Numbered from the stretch's first letter, positions 17,885 through 28,385 are shown. The stretch is 64,000 nucleotides of DNA from Candidatus Binatia bacterium (GCA_963666315.2 CAXXHG010000043.1:576001-640000); one strand, 5' to 3'. Translations and numbers: made by a program. The notes: generated by a model not told the origin, from the sequence alone.

Positions 17885-19087
17885 ATGAACCTTTTCGGGA
17901 AATGTGCTCGTTTTACTCGCGCTCGAGAGGCTCAGGCTACCGGGTATTACCCATTTTTTACGCCGATAGAATCATCGCAAGGGACAGAAGTGATGGTCCA
18001 CGGCGAGCCCAAGGTCATGATGGGCTCAAACAATTACCTTGGTTTAACCCACCATCCAAAAGTGTTGGCTGCTGCAGAGGCTGCACTCAAACGCTACGGC
18101 AGTGGCTGTACCGGTAGCCGTTTCCTGAATGGGACGCTGGATCTTCACGACCAACTCGAAGAGCGTCTGGCCCATTTTCTGAACAAAGAAGCCTCGCTGG
18201 TCTTTAGCACGGGTTATCAGACCAATTTAGGCATCCTGGCGACCCTGATCGGGAAAAGCGATTATCTCTATCTTGATAAGCTTGACCACGCCAGCGCGGT
18301 AGACGGCTCTCAGCTCGCCCATGGGACAGTACTCCGTTATCCGCACAGCGATCTCGTTACACTTGAACAACAGCTTGAGAAAACGCCCCCAAAGGCGGGC
18401 AAGTTGATTGTCACAGATGGCATTTTCTCCATGGAAGGCGACATTGCGGAGCTGCCTGGTTTAGTCGCGCTGGCCGAACAATACGACGCTGAGATTATGG
18501 TCGATGACGCGCACGCCCTGGGCGTCTTAGGAGAAAATGGCGGTGGTACAGCGCAGCATTTTCACCTGGAGGACAAGGTCAGCCTGATTATGTCCTCATT
18601 CTCCAAATCGCTGGCTGCCATCGGTGGGGTTGTGGCGGGGCCGGAGCCGGTTATCCACTATCTGAAACACCATGCTCGTTCCTTGATTTTTAGTGCCAGC
18701 ATGCCGCCTGCGTCTGTGGCCACGGTTTTGACTGCCCTGCAGATTATTGAGGAAGAGCCTGAACGTCGTGCAGCACTATGGCGGAACACCCACCGCATGC
18801 AAGACGGACTCCGGAGCCTGGGCTACGACCTGGGGGGGAGTGATACCCCGGTGATTCCTATTATTGTCGGGGATATGTGGTTGATGGGCATGATCTGGAA
18901 AGAGCTGTTTGACTCAGGCATCTTTACTAATCCAGTCATTCCTCCCGCCGTGCCGGAAAATTCGTGCCGTGTCCGGATCTCGATGATGGCAACGCATACG
19001 GATGAACAGATTGATTTTGTCCTAGACGTCTTTGCCCGTATTCGGCCTCACATTCAGGTGGAACAGGTAGAGAAGGTGGCCGTTTAG
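17885..19087 (+). CDS. spt: Serine palmitoyltransferase (AOS-family PLP enzyme)
   Basis: GSNNYLGLT, GCTGSRFLNGT, FSTGYQTN, DGIFSMEGD, VDDAHALG, SFSKSL, IFSASMPP; flanked by cerR-like and bcerS-like genes. Confidence 0.85.
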   Translation: MNLFGKCARFTRAREAQATGYYPFFTPIESSQGTEVMVHGEPKVMMGSNNYLGLTHHPKVLAAAEAALKRYGSGCTGSRFLNGTLDLHDQLEERLAHFLNKEASLVFSTGYQTNLGILATLIGKSDYLYLDKLDHASAVDGSQLAHGTVLRYPHSDLVTLEQQLEKTPPKAGKLIVTDGIFSMEGDIAELPGLVALAEQYDAEIMVDDAHALGVLGENGGGTAQHFHLEDKVSLIMSSFSKSLAAIGGVVAGPEPVIHYLKHHARSLIFSASMPPASVATVLTALQIIEEEPERRAALWRNTHRMQDGLRSLGYDLGGSDTPVIPIIVGDMWLMGMIWKELFDSGIFTNPVIPPAVPENSCRVRISMMATHTDEQIDFVLDVFARIRPHIQVEQVEKVAV

Positions 19088-19127
19088 TTCTTGGCTGGCC
19101 TGTCTCTGCTAGCGGGCAAGGTCGAGC

Positions 19128-20252
19128 ATGCGGGATGCCGTACGCATAGATCGTGTGGCAGGCCGGCAGGACCTTCAGCGTTTCATTCGACTCCCCTGGC
19201 GCTTATACCGCCAGGATCCGGCCTGGGTCCCTCCGCTCCTCTTTGATCTCAAAAATCTCCTCTCGCCTAAAAAACATCCGTTTCATCAACATGCCGATGT
19301 CCAATACTTCCTGGCCCGCCTGGACGGGGAAGTTGTGGGGCGTATTGCGGCTATTGTCAACCATCAGCACGTGCAATTCCATGCTGAGCCAGTCGGGTTT
19401 TTTGGGTTTTTTGAGAGCATTGACAATCAAGACGTTGCCACTGCGCTGTTGACGGCTGCTGAATGCTGGGTGGCCGAGCGCGGAATGCAACGCATACGCG
19501 GCCCTATGAATTTCTCGACCAACGAGGAATGTGGGCTGCTGGTTGATGGTTTTCACGATGCGCCCAAAATTATGATGCCGCATCATCTGCCGTACTATGG
19601 TGTACAGATAGAAACGGCGGGTTATGGAAAGGCGAAAGATTTGTTCGCATACATACTCGATGTGCGCGGCACCCCCCCCCCGGAACGGCTCGTCCGTGGT
19701 ATTAAGCGGCTGCAGCAGCGCCAGAATATTCGACTTCGACCCATCAGCAAAAAGCGGTTTGATGAAGAGATAAGAATCCTACATGGGATTTATCACCGTA
19801 CGTGGGAGAAAAACTGGGGTTTTGTGCCGATGACCGAAGCTGAGGTGGATCTGTTTGCGAGCCAACTTCGCCTCGTTGTTGATCCGAAACTGTGTCTTAT
19901 TGCGGAACACCAAAACGAGCCAGTAGGCTTTGCGCTCGCGATTCCCGATTATAACCAGGCCTTGCGTCATATCGATGGACGCTTGTTTCCGTTTGGTTTG
20001 CTGAAACTCCTATGGTACCGGCGCACCATCAATATGGCCCGTATTCCGCTGCTTGGCGTCAATCCGGGCTTTCGTCGTCGGGGCATTGAGGCGATGCTTT
20101 ATGTCAAGCTGTGGGAGGTCGTGCCACAAAACGGCTACCCGGTGGTCGAGTGTTCCTGGATTCTGGAAGACAACTGGGACATGCGACGCGGACTCGAACA
20201 GATGGGCGCGCACGTCTATAAGACGTACCGGGTATATGAAAAGGCGGTGTGA
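19128..20252 (+). CDS. bcerS: Double-GNAT bacterial ceramide synthase
   Basis: FIRLPWRLY..DP.WVPPL, VGRIAA, GFFGFFE, RGPMNFSTNEECGLLVDGF, NWGFVP, SWILEDN, KTYRVYEK. Confidence 0.8.
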   Translation: MRDAVRIDRVAGRQDLQRFIRLPWRLYRQDPAWVPPLLFDLKNLLSPKKHPFHQHADVQYFLARLDGEVVGRIAAIVNHQHVQFHAEPVGFFGFFESIDNQDVATALLTAAECWVAERGMQRIRGPMNFSTNEECGLLVDGFHDAPKIMMPHHLPYYGVQIETAGYGKAKDLFAYILDVRGTPPPERLVRGIKRLQQRQNIRLRPISKKRFDEEIRILHGIYHRTWEKNWGFVPMTEAEVDLFASQLRLVVDPKLCLIAEHQNEPVGFALAIPDYNQALRHIDGRLFPFGLLKLLWYRRTINMARIPLLGVNPGFRRRGIEAMLYVKLWEVVPQNGYPVVECSWILEDNWDMRRGLEQMGAHVYKTYRVYEKAV

Positions 20253-20269
20253 GGGGCGTCTCGAAAGAC

Positions 20270-20325
20270 GAGGGGCGAGGTGACCTCTCCCGGGCACCGC
20301 ATGCTGGCCGACTGGTCTCCCCTAC
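20270..20325. repeat. Degenerate GTAG-type REP doublet between convergent genes
   Basis: aggggcgaggtgacctctccc ... ggccgactggtctcccctac, resembling the element at 22414. Confidence 0.45.
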
Positions 20326-20335
20326 CTGTGAAGGT

Positions 20336-20917
20336 TTAGCCCTTATTCGCGTTCGCATCCACCATTTTCTGCATTTGCGGATCAAGCTCCACGCCTAAGC
20401 CGTCGGCCAGGCGATCCATAAAATTGAATGTGCAGGTGATGAGAACGATATCGACCACGTTCTCTTCGCTAAAGCCGTACTGTTGTAAGAACTCTGTATC
20501 TTCGCGCTTTACGCTGGATGGCTGCTTGGTCAGTTTCAGCGCAAAGTCGATCATGGCACGATCCTGGGCTTCGAGTGGCGCGTTTTCCGGATCGGTCTTG
20601 AGATGCTTCACCAGTGTGTGGTCGCCGGTTTCCATACGCAGAAACTCTGCGTGCGAAGACGTTCAATAGTGGCAGTGGTTCAGCGCAGACACGGCTGTGG
20701 CAATCATCTCCTCCCGTTTGCGACCGAGTGTTGAAGCCCCAAACGTGATCCCCATATTCATGCGCCACACGCTCAGTAATGCCTCTGGTCGCAGTCCCAT
20801 GGAATTAATCACATTTGGAACTCGGCCCGCGCCGAGAGGATGGTCCATGACCTCCTTATAGACCTCGGCGAGGCGGCTGGTTGTCTCGTTTTCTGCAAAT
20901 GTTTTTACCCAAGCCAT
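20336..20917 (-). CDS. AhpD/carboxymuconolactone-decarboxylase-family peroxidase, selenoprotein (CxxU)
   Basis: ORFs 20663-20917 and 20336-20635 share a frame; AVSALNHCHY-UGA(20663-65)-TSSHAEFLR places UGA at the second Cys of CxxCxxxH; downstream hairpin; C-terminal FNFMDRLADGLGV; SD GGAGG. Confidence 0.88.
20636..20652 (-). promoter_or_regulatory. Putative bacterial SECIS hairpin
   Basis: mRNA UGA + 10 nt + ACGCAGA-GUU-UCUGCGU: perfect 7-bp stem with a G-first GU loop 17 nt after the UGA. Confidence 0.7.
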
Positions 20918-21089
20918 ACTGCCCTCCTTTTTCTTTTCGTTCTCTTTTGGGAATCTATTCCTATTCTCTTCAGGAAAACCATCTCAGCACACAAGAAAGT
21001 TCCTGGGAACTTCTTATTCATAAAACAAATTGAACAAATTGAACATGAGAGAAAGATAATCTAGCGAGTTCACCCGGAGGAGATATGTT

Positions 21090-22034
21090 ATGCGTAAGCG
21101 GAAATGGCAACGCTGCAGTTGGCTCGTTCTTGTGGTGCTGTGTTTGAGCGGATTCGATTTCGCGCAGCATAGTATTCCGACCGAGAAAATTCTCAGCGGC
21201 GGACCACCCAAAGACGGCATTCCGGCCATTCTTGAGCCCCACTTCCTGACAGCTGAAAAGGCGACATTCTTGGGTGAGGATGATCGGGTCCTGGGTGTTG
21301 TCAAAGACGGGGTGGCGAAAGCGTATCCCTTACGTATCTTGGTCTGGCACTAGGTTGTTAACCGTCGGCTAGGAGACACTCCGGTCGTGGCCACTTATTG
21401 ACCGCTGACTGACAGCGCCGTCGTGTACGGACGCACAATAAAAAATAAAGATAAAGACACCGAACTCACGTTTGGCGTGTCCGGCTGCCTGTATGAGAGC
21501 AATGTCTTGCTGTACGACCACCAAACCGAGAGCCTGTGGTCTCAGCTCAAAGAAGAAGCGGTGACCGGACCGATGACGGGAACCCGGCTGCCTGCCGTTC
21601 CTTCAGTCTTAACCACGTGGAAGCAGTGGCAGGCGCAGCATCCTGGGACTTTGGTGCTTTCAACGCAAACCGGCCATGACCGCAATTATGACTACTCCCC
21701 ATCTGAGGCCTATGCACGACACCCTTCCCCTCTATTCCCAATTGAAAATCAGGATGATCGTCTCGCACTGAAAGAGCGTATCATCGGCGTCTCCCTCAAC
21801 GGCAAGCACAAGGCCTATTCTCTTACAGCACTCAAGAAGCGTGGGACGCCGCTTGACGATCACATAGGAGAGAGAGCCATTCAGGTCAGCTATGACGCGG
21901 AGGCAAAAAGTGCTCGGATTGTTGATGGAAAATCCGGAGAAATTCTGCCGTCTGTTATCGCCTATTGGTTTGCGTGGGCTTCTTTCCATCCTCAGGCCTC
22001 CGTCTATGGGCAGGAAAGCCAAACGGGTCAATAG
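21090..22034 (+). pseudogene. DUF3179-family (seleno)protein: UGA at the Cys position plus an amber stop at a conserved Glu
   Basis: One frame: SGGPPKDGIPAI...AYPLRILVWH-TAG(21351)-VVN...ATY-TGA(21399)-PLT...FGVSG.LY.SN.L.YD..TESLWSQ...YWFAW..FHP; SD GGAGG. Confidence 0.8.
21415..21434 (+). promoter_or_regulatory. Putative SECIS hairpin of the DUF3179 gene
   Basis: GCGCCGT-CGTGT-ACGG(A)CGC stem-loop starting 13 nt after UGA 21399-21401. Confidence 0.45.
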
Positions 22035-22104
22035 CTGAGTTGCAGCGCCCACCGTTCACCCATAGACTGCACGGAACAGGGCTAAACAGGAGGGGGAAAA
22101 TCTC

Positions 22105-22359
22105 GTGGAAACAGACAAACAGCCAAGTAGAGGAAGCCGCTTCCTCTACCATTGGTTTCGACGCGAGACTGTCATGCGAGCCCTCAAGGTCGCGGGAATT
22201 GTGGGGCCGATACTCACGCTCATTAATCAATACGATTTACTTCTGGGTCTCGACTTTTCGCCCAAATTATTTTTCAAGATCACACTTACTTTCCTTGTTC
22301 CCTATAGCGTGGCTTCCTACTCTGCTGCCAAGACGTATATGGAGCAGGAGATATCTTGA
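22105..22359 (+). CDS. NrtS-family small membrane protein
   Basis: RALKVAGIVGPILTLINQYD...KITLTFLVPYSVASYS; SD AGGAGG. Confidence 0.7.
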   Translation: METDKQPSRGSRFLYHWFRRETVMRALKVAGIVGPILTLINQYDLLLGLDFSPKLFFKITLTFLVPYSVASYSAAKTYMEQEIS

Positions 22360-22413
22360 TCAGAGAGCTGTCTGCACTTTGGTGCGTCCCTGCGGCTTAG
22401 GAACGAGACTCTT

Positions 22414-22460
22414 GTAGGGGCGACCGGCCGGTCGCCCGGGCAATGCATGAGTGCCCCTAC
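22414..22460. repeat. Inverted pair of GTAG-type REP palindromes (BIME-like)
   Basis: GTAGGGGCGACCGGCCGGTCGCCC followed by GGGCAATGCATGAGTGCCCCTAC. Confidence 0.7.
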
Positions 22461-22527
22461 CTTTGGCTTCATTGCGAAAGCAAAACAGACAGAGTACACA
22501 AAGGGCCTGCAACCAAGGAGGTCTCTC

Positions 22528-23403
22528 ATGGACGTACGCATCCGGTCCGCTGTTCCCGACGATAGCGAGACCTGCGGGCGCATTCTGTAGGAAGCGTTTA
22601 AAGGTATTGCGGAATACCACCGCTTCCCTCTGGAATATAGCTCTGTCAGGGCTTCGACTGCACTGGCCCGCTTCTTTATCCGCCATACAGCGGTTTTTTG
22701 TGTTGTGGTCGAAAAAGACGGGCGCGTCATAGGTGTCAATTTTCTTGATGAGCGTGACGCTATTCGCGGGCTGGGTCCTATTGCGGTTGATCCATCAGTG
22801 CAGGAACGTGGCATAGGCCGGCGCTTGATGCAGGCCGTGATGGAACGTGGCAAGGATGCCGCAGGTATTCGGCTCACCCAGGACGCCTATAATACGCTGG
22901 CTACGTCGCTGTATGCCTCGCTGGGCTTTGACATCAAAGAGCCGCTGGGGATGCTGAAAGGCAAACCAAAAAGCAAACCTCGGACTGATGTTGAAATCCG
23001 TGCGCTCAAGAGCGAAGACCTGGAGGCCTGTGCAAGACTGTGTCAGCAAGTCTACGGCTTTCACCGTACGGGTGAAATGCAAGATGCAGTCAAATATTCG
23101 GCTTGCTTCGGCGTTACACGTGACGGTCGGATTGTCGCGTATACGTATTCCTACACTGCCAAAAGCGAGGAATGGATACTGGCACACGGGGTCGCAGAGA
23201 CAGATGCCGACATGCAAGCGCTGCTCCTTGGCGTAGCTAAAGTCAGCGGGAGACCCCTCTCCTTCTTACTTCCTACGCGCCGGGCGGCCTTATTCCGCTG
23301 GTGTCTCAGGGAGGGCTTGCGCGTGGCAAAGCCGGGCTCGCTCATGACCATGGGGGCCTATCAAGAACCATGCGGCTGTTATTTCCCGTCTGGACTGTAT
23401 TAA
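22528..23403 (+). pseudogene. GNAT acetyltransferase with an in-frame TAG at codon 21
   Basis: SD AAGGAGGT + ATG 22528: MDVRIRSAVPDDSETCGRIL-TAG(22588)-EAFKGIA... in frame with ORF 22705-23403 (VDPSVQERGIGRRLM). Confidence 0.75.
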
Positions 23404-23469
23404 TGCGCTGCGTCTTTACTGCTACAATCCCGAGCCGAACTGAACTCGATTCACTTTCTGTGAGAGAGG

Positions 23470-24345
23470 ATGAATATGGACTACGGAATTGTTTTGCCTC
23501 ACTTCAGCTCTTTTGCGCATGAAGATCCAGCTAACCGCATCCTGACTGCCGCCACAACAGCAGAGGAGCTCGGCTACAGTACGGTCTGGGTAGCGGACCA
23601 TGTCGTCTTTCCGTCTCAAATCCCAGGCGGCTATGCGTTTAATCCCGAAGATCCATTCCTTGATCCACTCACCGTCCTCGCGGCACTGGCGTATAAGACG
23701 TCCAGGATCAAATTGGGTACGGCTGTGCTGATTCTGCCTTATCGGCATCCGTTGGCTGTAGCAAAGGTGTTGGCCACGATTGATGTCTTATCCGGAGGCC
23801 GTACGGTTGTCGGTGTAGGCGCCGGTTGGTTGGAGCAGGAATTCAGTGCGTTGGGTACGTCGATCAAAGAGCGTGGTGCCCGAACCGACGAGACCATGGA
23901 CATCTTCAAGGCGGTCTGGACTCAGGAGACGCCCCAATTTTCCGGCAAGCATTTTCAGTTTGCCGACATCAAATTTATTCCCAAGCCTGTCCAAAAGCCG
24001 CATCCGCCTATTCTTGTCGGCGGTATGAGTAAAGGTGCCTTGCGGCGTGTGGCGCGTCGGGGTGATGGCTGGATTGCCATGGGCAAGGGGCCGGACGATG
24101 TGAAACAGCCTCTAGAAATTCTTCGTGAGCTGACGACGAAAGAGGGCAGAAATCCTGACGACCTGCGTATTTGCATGCTGCCGCTCGGTGCGCCGAGTGT
24201 TGATCAGCTCCTTCAGGATATCCCGCGCTATGCAGACTTGGGCATTCATCATGTCTATCTGTCTTTCCGGGCCTGGACGGAGGAGTTCTCCACGCTGATG
24301 GAGCTGATGGAGCATTTTGCGCGCGAAGTAAAACTGCCGAATTGA
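23470..24345 (+). CDS. LLM-class (probably F420-dependent) oxidoreductase
   Basis: AEELGYSTVWVADHV, DPLTVLAALA..TSRIKLGTAVLILPYRHP, DVLSGGR, GAGWLEQEF, PKPVQKPHPPI. Confidence 0.88.
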   Translation: MNMDYGIVLPHFSSFAHEDPANRILTAATTAEELGYSTVWVADHVVFPSQIPGGYAFNPEDPFLDPLTVLAALAYKTSRIKLGTAVLILPYRHPLAVAKVLATIDVLSGGRTVVGVGAGWLEQEFSALGTSIKERGARTDETMDIFKAVWTQETPQFSGKHFQFADIKFIPKPVQKPHPPILVGGMSKGALRRVARRGDGWIAMGKGPDDVKQPLEILRELTTKEGRNPDDLRICMLPLGAPSVDQLLQDIPRYADLGIHHVYLSFRAWTEEFSTLMELMEHFAREVKLPN

Positions 24346-24436
24346 AATGAAACTGCCGAATTAAATACAAAACCAAGCATCTGGCTTACACCTCTCGTGC
24401 GTGCCGCTTGCTTGTTGAGGCCGCCTTCGTAGGGAG

Positions 24437-26010
24437 TCAGGCGGCTTCTTCATGCGGGGCAGCTGGTTGCGTAGAGGCTGGTCGGGGTCTGTCTGTAGCG
24501 CGGCGGTGGTGAGGGAGTTCGACACAGAAAACGGCGCCGCCCTCCGGTCGGTTCTCGGCCCAAATCCGGCCCTGGTGGGCGGCTATAATCTCGAGGCAGA
24601 TCGATAAACCTAAGCCCGTCCCGCCCGCGCCGGTCTTGGTCTTATTCGATTGAATGAATTTGTCGAAAATCGCGTCTTCTTCCCCCGCCGAAATCCCCAC
24701 GCCCTGATCGCTGACCGTCACGAGCACGCTCTGCTCCCGCTGCTCTACCCTCAGTTCAATGAGGCCGTGGGAGGGCGAGATTTTGACGGCGTTGCCTAAC
24801 AGATTGCGTAGGACCTGGAGCATTTTGGAGGTATCGAGACTGACCTCCGCCCGCTCGGGGAGGGTGTGGCAGACCACCTCGAGCTGGCGTTCGGAGAGCA
24901 GGGCGTGAAACTCGTCGGCGATCGTGGACAGCAAGGGGTTGAGATCGGCCGGCTGGAAGTCAAAGGCCATCTTGCCGGACTCCAGTTTGGCTAGATCGAG
25001 CAGGTCATTGAGCAAGGCGAGGAGGACGCGGCCACTGGTGTTGATGTGCTCAAAATAGCCCCGGAGTTTGGCCGGCGGGGCGGTGGTGGCTTTTTGGAGG
25101 CCGAAGTCGGCGAAGCTCAGGATGCCGTGCAGGGGGGCGCGCAGCTCGTGGGACATATTGCCTGAGAAGGCACTCTTGGCCAGGTTGGCCTTTTGCAGAT
25201 CGACGACTGCATCTACAAGGTTTTGGTTCGTTTGCGAGAGTTCAGCCGTTCGCGTAGCGGCCTGGACTTCAAGTTGTTGGCTGTGCTGCTCGAATCGTTC
25301 ATCGCGTACCTGAATCTGCGCCAACATCCCGTTAAACCCATCAATCAGAGTTCCTAACTCGTCATTCCTCGTCTTTTCAACTCGGATCGAGTAGTTTTCT
25401 CATGTGAGATATTTTCCATTGTGTACGCTAACTGCAGGATAGGTTGTGAAATCACACGCTGCAGCAGTGATGACAATAGATAGGCCACGATCGACAAGCT
25501 CAGCAAGATAGCGATGACAATTCAGGCAGCCCGCTGCAGGTAGGTCTGCAGTTCTCGTAAATCAGACCGGATGGACACCGTGCCGATCACATTACCGTGG
25601 AGCATGATCGGCCGAGATAGCTCTAGATAATCGTTGTGGAAGGTGTGAGCGTTCATGGCCGACTGGACCGAATATGCAGGTGTGACGTTTTCGGGTGCGC
25701 CGTGACGCTGGTAGCGAGCAAAGGGCTTACCGTCTTGAGTGTGAATCGTGGCCGAGAGGACGTGCGGGACGGCTCCGAGGGCGGCTAAGGTCTTTTCCGC
25801 AAACTTCTCATCTTCGAATGTCAGGGCTGCCGTACTGTTTATTCCGATGACGTCTGCGAGCGTGGTAGTCTCTCTGACGAGGGCATGCCGGAATGTGATG
25901 ATATCGTTTGCCACAAATGCTGCTGTTGCGAAGAGCAGCATGACGATGCTCGTGAGCAGAAGCAGCGCTTTGAGCTTATGTTCAATGGAAATGTCACCAA
26001 AGCGTCGCAT
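24437..26010 (-). pseudogene. Sensor histidine kinase (CHASE8-like sensor, HAMP, HisKA, HATPase), disrupted
   Basis: N-terminal part ends at TGA 25522; the frame continues through TM2/HAMP with a frameshift in an A run near 25395, then NMSHELRAP, NLLGNAVK, DQGVG, GTGLGL. Confidence 0.75.
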
Positions 26011-26018
26011 CGCGCGCC

Positions 26019-26668
26019 TTACTCGCGATTGTGGTTGATGACAGTGGCGACACTCAAAAGCTGCGAACTGATGTCCAGCCCGGCCCGCTCCGCTGAGGCT
26101 CTATTGATTTCAAAGCGAATTTTGTTCTTGACAATAACGAAGTTGATAATGCAGCCAGACAGGCGCAATTCTTCCAACTCATTGCCTACGGTGAGCACGG
26201 GCGCGTCTTTGAGTGTCTCTAACACCTGGGCGATGTGCTTTTGCTGTTGTGAACTAATGAAGAGGATATGGCAGGCGATGATGTCTTCGGTCTTGGTGAA
26301 GTGTTTGATTTCCAGTGTCCTGCCATTAACCGACTGTCCCTTGAGCGCATTAAGATGATGGCCAAACGGGTCCTCGCCCAAGATGCCCACGATGAGCGGG
26401 GCATCACTACCCCTAAAAGTGGCTTCCGGCCACTCGCTAAAATTGGCAAAATTATACAAGAAGGCGGCCTTCATCGCATACTCCCGGTCTGAGAGGGAGC
26501 CTGCATATACGTGCGCGCAGCACTGAGCATGACGCCCCCGAGCAGTACGCGGATGAAGCTGGAAAAGGCAGTCCACAGCCGATCAGTTCGGTATCGTCTA
26601 AATCGCTCAGATCGGCTTGCCTGTGCCGCAGCGTGGATATGACGGGCCGCACGTCCTAGAAAGCCCAC
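26019..26668 (-). pseudogene. YfiR/DUF4154-family periplasmic protein, frameshifted after the N-terminus
   Basis: EYAMKAAFLYNF...EWP...GILGEDPFG...CHILFI...FEIN...ISSQLL; the signal-like N-terminus lies in another frame (26471-26668). Confidence 0.7.
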
Positions 26669-27724
26669 GTCAAGCTTCCTCCCACCGCCACGTGCCAGTC
26701 TGCTTCGAGCTGGGGACCATCCAAGGATTCATACAACGGGAACCCATATTCAACACCCAGCCGAACCCCTTTGAAAAAGCCACGCGGGACGTAGAGATCG
26801 AGCCCGAGCGAAAGATCGATGCGCTCTCCGCCACGTCTATCTGGGTGAGCCGTTGGCACGATAGCTGGGTTCAGGTCCGGGTCGGCTCCGTCATTATTGT
26901 CCCAAATATGTCCGTCAATGCGTACGGAAGAAGAAAGCCAGCACGTCCATTTCCGGCTGATCCAGACCCCCAACCGATAACGATTCCCCAGGGTATAGTC
27001 GTTGCTGTTTTCTCCGACCCTGATTGTTGATATCAGTTCACTCCCCCAGGCCCAATTCTGTGCCTCGCCCAGATACACGAGACCCGGCAGCAGATCGAAC
27101 GTGCCCGACCCCAACTGCATCGGATACGGCAACTTCTGATCTGGACCGGCAGGGGTGCCGTCCTTCTCGTCTATCCCTCCGGTTGGGAAACTCAAACCCG
27201 CACTGAAGAGCAACCGGTACCGATCTTTCCTGACATCGCCCAGCAGAGTGTAGAGCGCCCGCACGGAAATATCGCCTAGTCCCTCCGCCTCAGTAGTGAA
27301 CCGTGTGCCCATCCGGGTGATATGGTCCATCGACACACGGAGGTAGGGAAACATGGCCATCAAGGTCAGGTTGTCTGTTGGAGCGTACATGACCTCTGCC
27401 ATGTGCATCTCCATCGTCATATCAGTTGGGGAGACCCGAAAGTCCTGCAGAACGCGGTTGACGCCGATGTCCTTTGTCCCGTCACGATACCCCTCCATAT
27501 GCATGGACATATAGCGGTAGCCGAGCATCCATCTCCCCTGCCAGATGCGTATGGGTTCCCAGAACGTCTACGGCCTGGACGTCGGCGTCCATCAGTTCCT
27601 GAAGGCTCAGCTGCATAAAATCGGCCGTGGACTCTTGGGCGTAGGCCAGGGAGGGAGGCCAGCTAGTGGCTATCCAGGCTACGCACAGTAGCGTACGTAG
27701 GGTGAAAAGCTGCTTCTTTGTCAT
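26656..27724 (-). pseudogene. Outer-membrane beta-barrel transporter-like protein with a TonB-receptor-like N-terminal segment, +1 frameshift near 27532
   Basis: Signal peptide + DFMQLSLQELMD + VLGTHTHLAGE|WMLGYRYM, GLGDI, LSFPTG, LPYPMQLGSGT, C-terminal TWAF. Confidence 0.65.
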
Positions 27725-27953
27725 CTGGCTCTGAGGTCGCGCCGTGGGACTATGGACGGGACTAACAACAAGGTGCGCTCTCCCCTCCTTGCTCCTGTAT
27801 CGGTAAGTACGCAAAGGCATTAAGGAAATTCTTGAGTTGAACAGCAGCAGAAAGATACGGAGGATAAAACACGAGTCTGTCTCCAGAATCCGAAACCTCC
27901 CTTTGATTCAGCACCCATGAATGATACCCCTAGCCATGACTCAAGGAGGTCGC

Positions 27954-28169
27954 ATGAGCGACAAAACCTGGCCAATTGAACATCCTGACCGTATTCAGCT
28001 CTATTCCCTGGCTACCCCGTGGGTCGGCTGTCTGGATTGGGGCTATGGGGCGCGCGAGGATCTCAAGCTCGACGCAGGTTTTCCCAAATTTGTTGTCTGG
28101 TATACACGCTGCACAGAGAAGCCGGCTTCAGTCCGAAGTGCCAAGGTGTGCGCTTTCTCAGACGACTAG
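27954..28169 (+). pseudogene. Glutathione S-transferase (YfcG/YghU-like) remnant with a large internal in-frame deletion
   Basis: SD AAGGAGGT; WPIEHPDRIQLYSLATP (GST N-terminus) joined directly to WVGCLDWGY...FP...W..RC..KPA..R (GST C-terminus). Confidence 0.6.
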
Positions 28170-28385
28170 GGTTATGGAAACGGAAAGCGGGCCTGACCTT
28201 GTTGTTGATATCTTTGTTGCCGGGCGGCTGGTGAACCCGAGTGAGATACCATCCGCTGTTATTATCAAGATTGAAACGTCTGCCTTAAACTCCGAGTCTG
28301 GAACGCTGACGTACGAAAGCGTTGTGTATGCATGGTCTACACGGCCGTGTGTCTATCCGTAGATCATATGCGGTGAGGGCGAGTC

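Noticed and set aside
17885-19087. Annotation as BioF or Kbl
   Set aside because: No biotin or threonine-catabolism neighbours; it is flanked by CerR- and bCerS-like genes. A tree is still needed to be certain.
27976-28362. 128-aa ORF overlapping the GST remnant
   Set aside because: Mostly an alternative frame of the GST pseudogene; the tail has no family signature.
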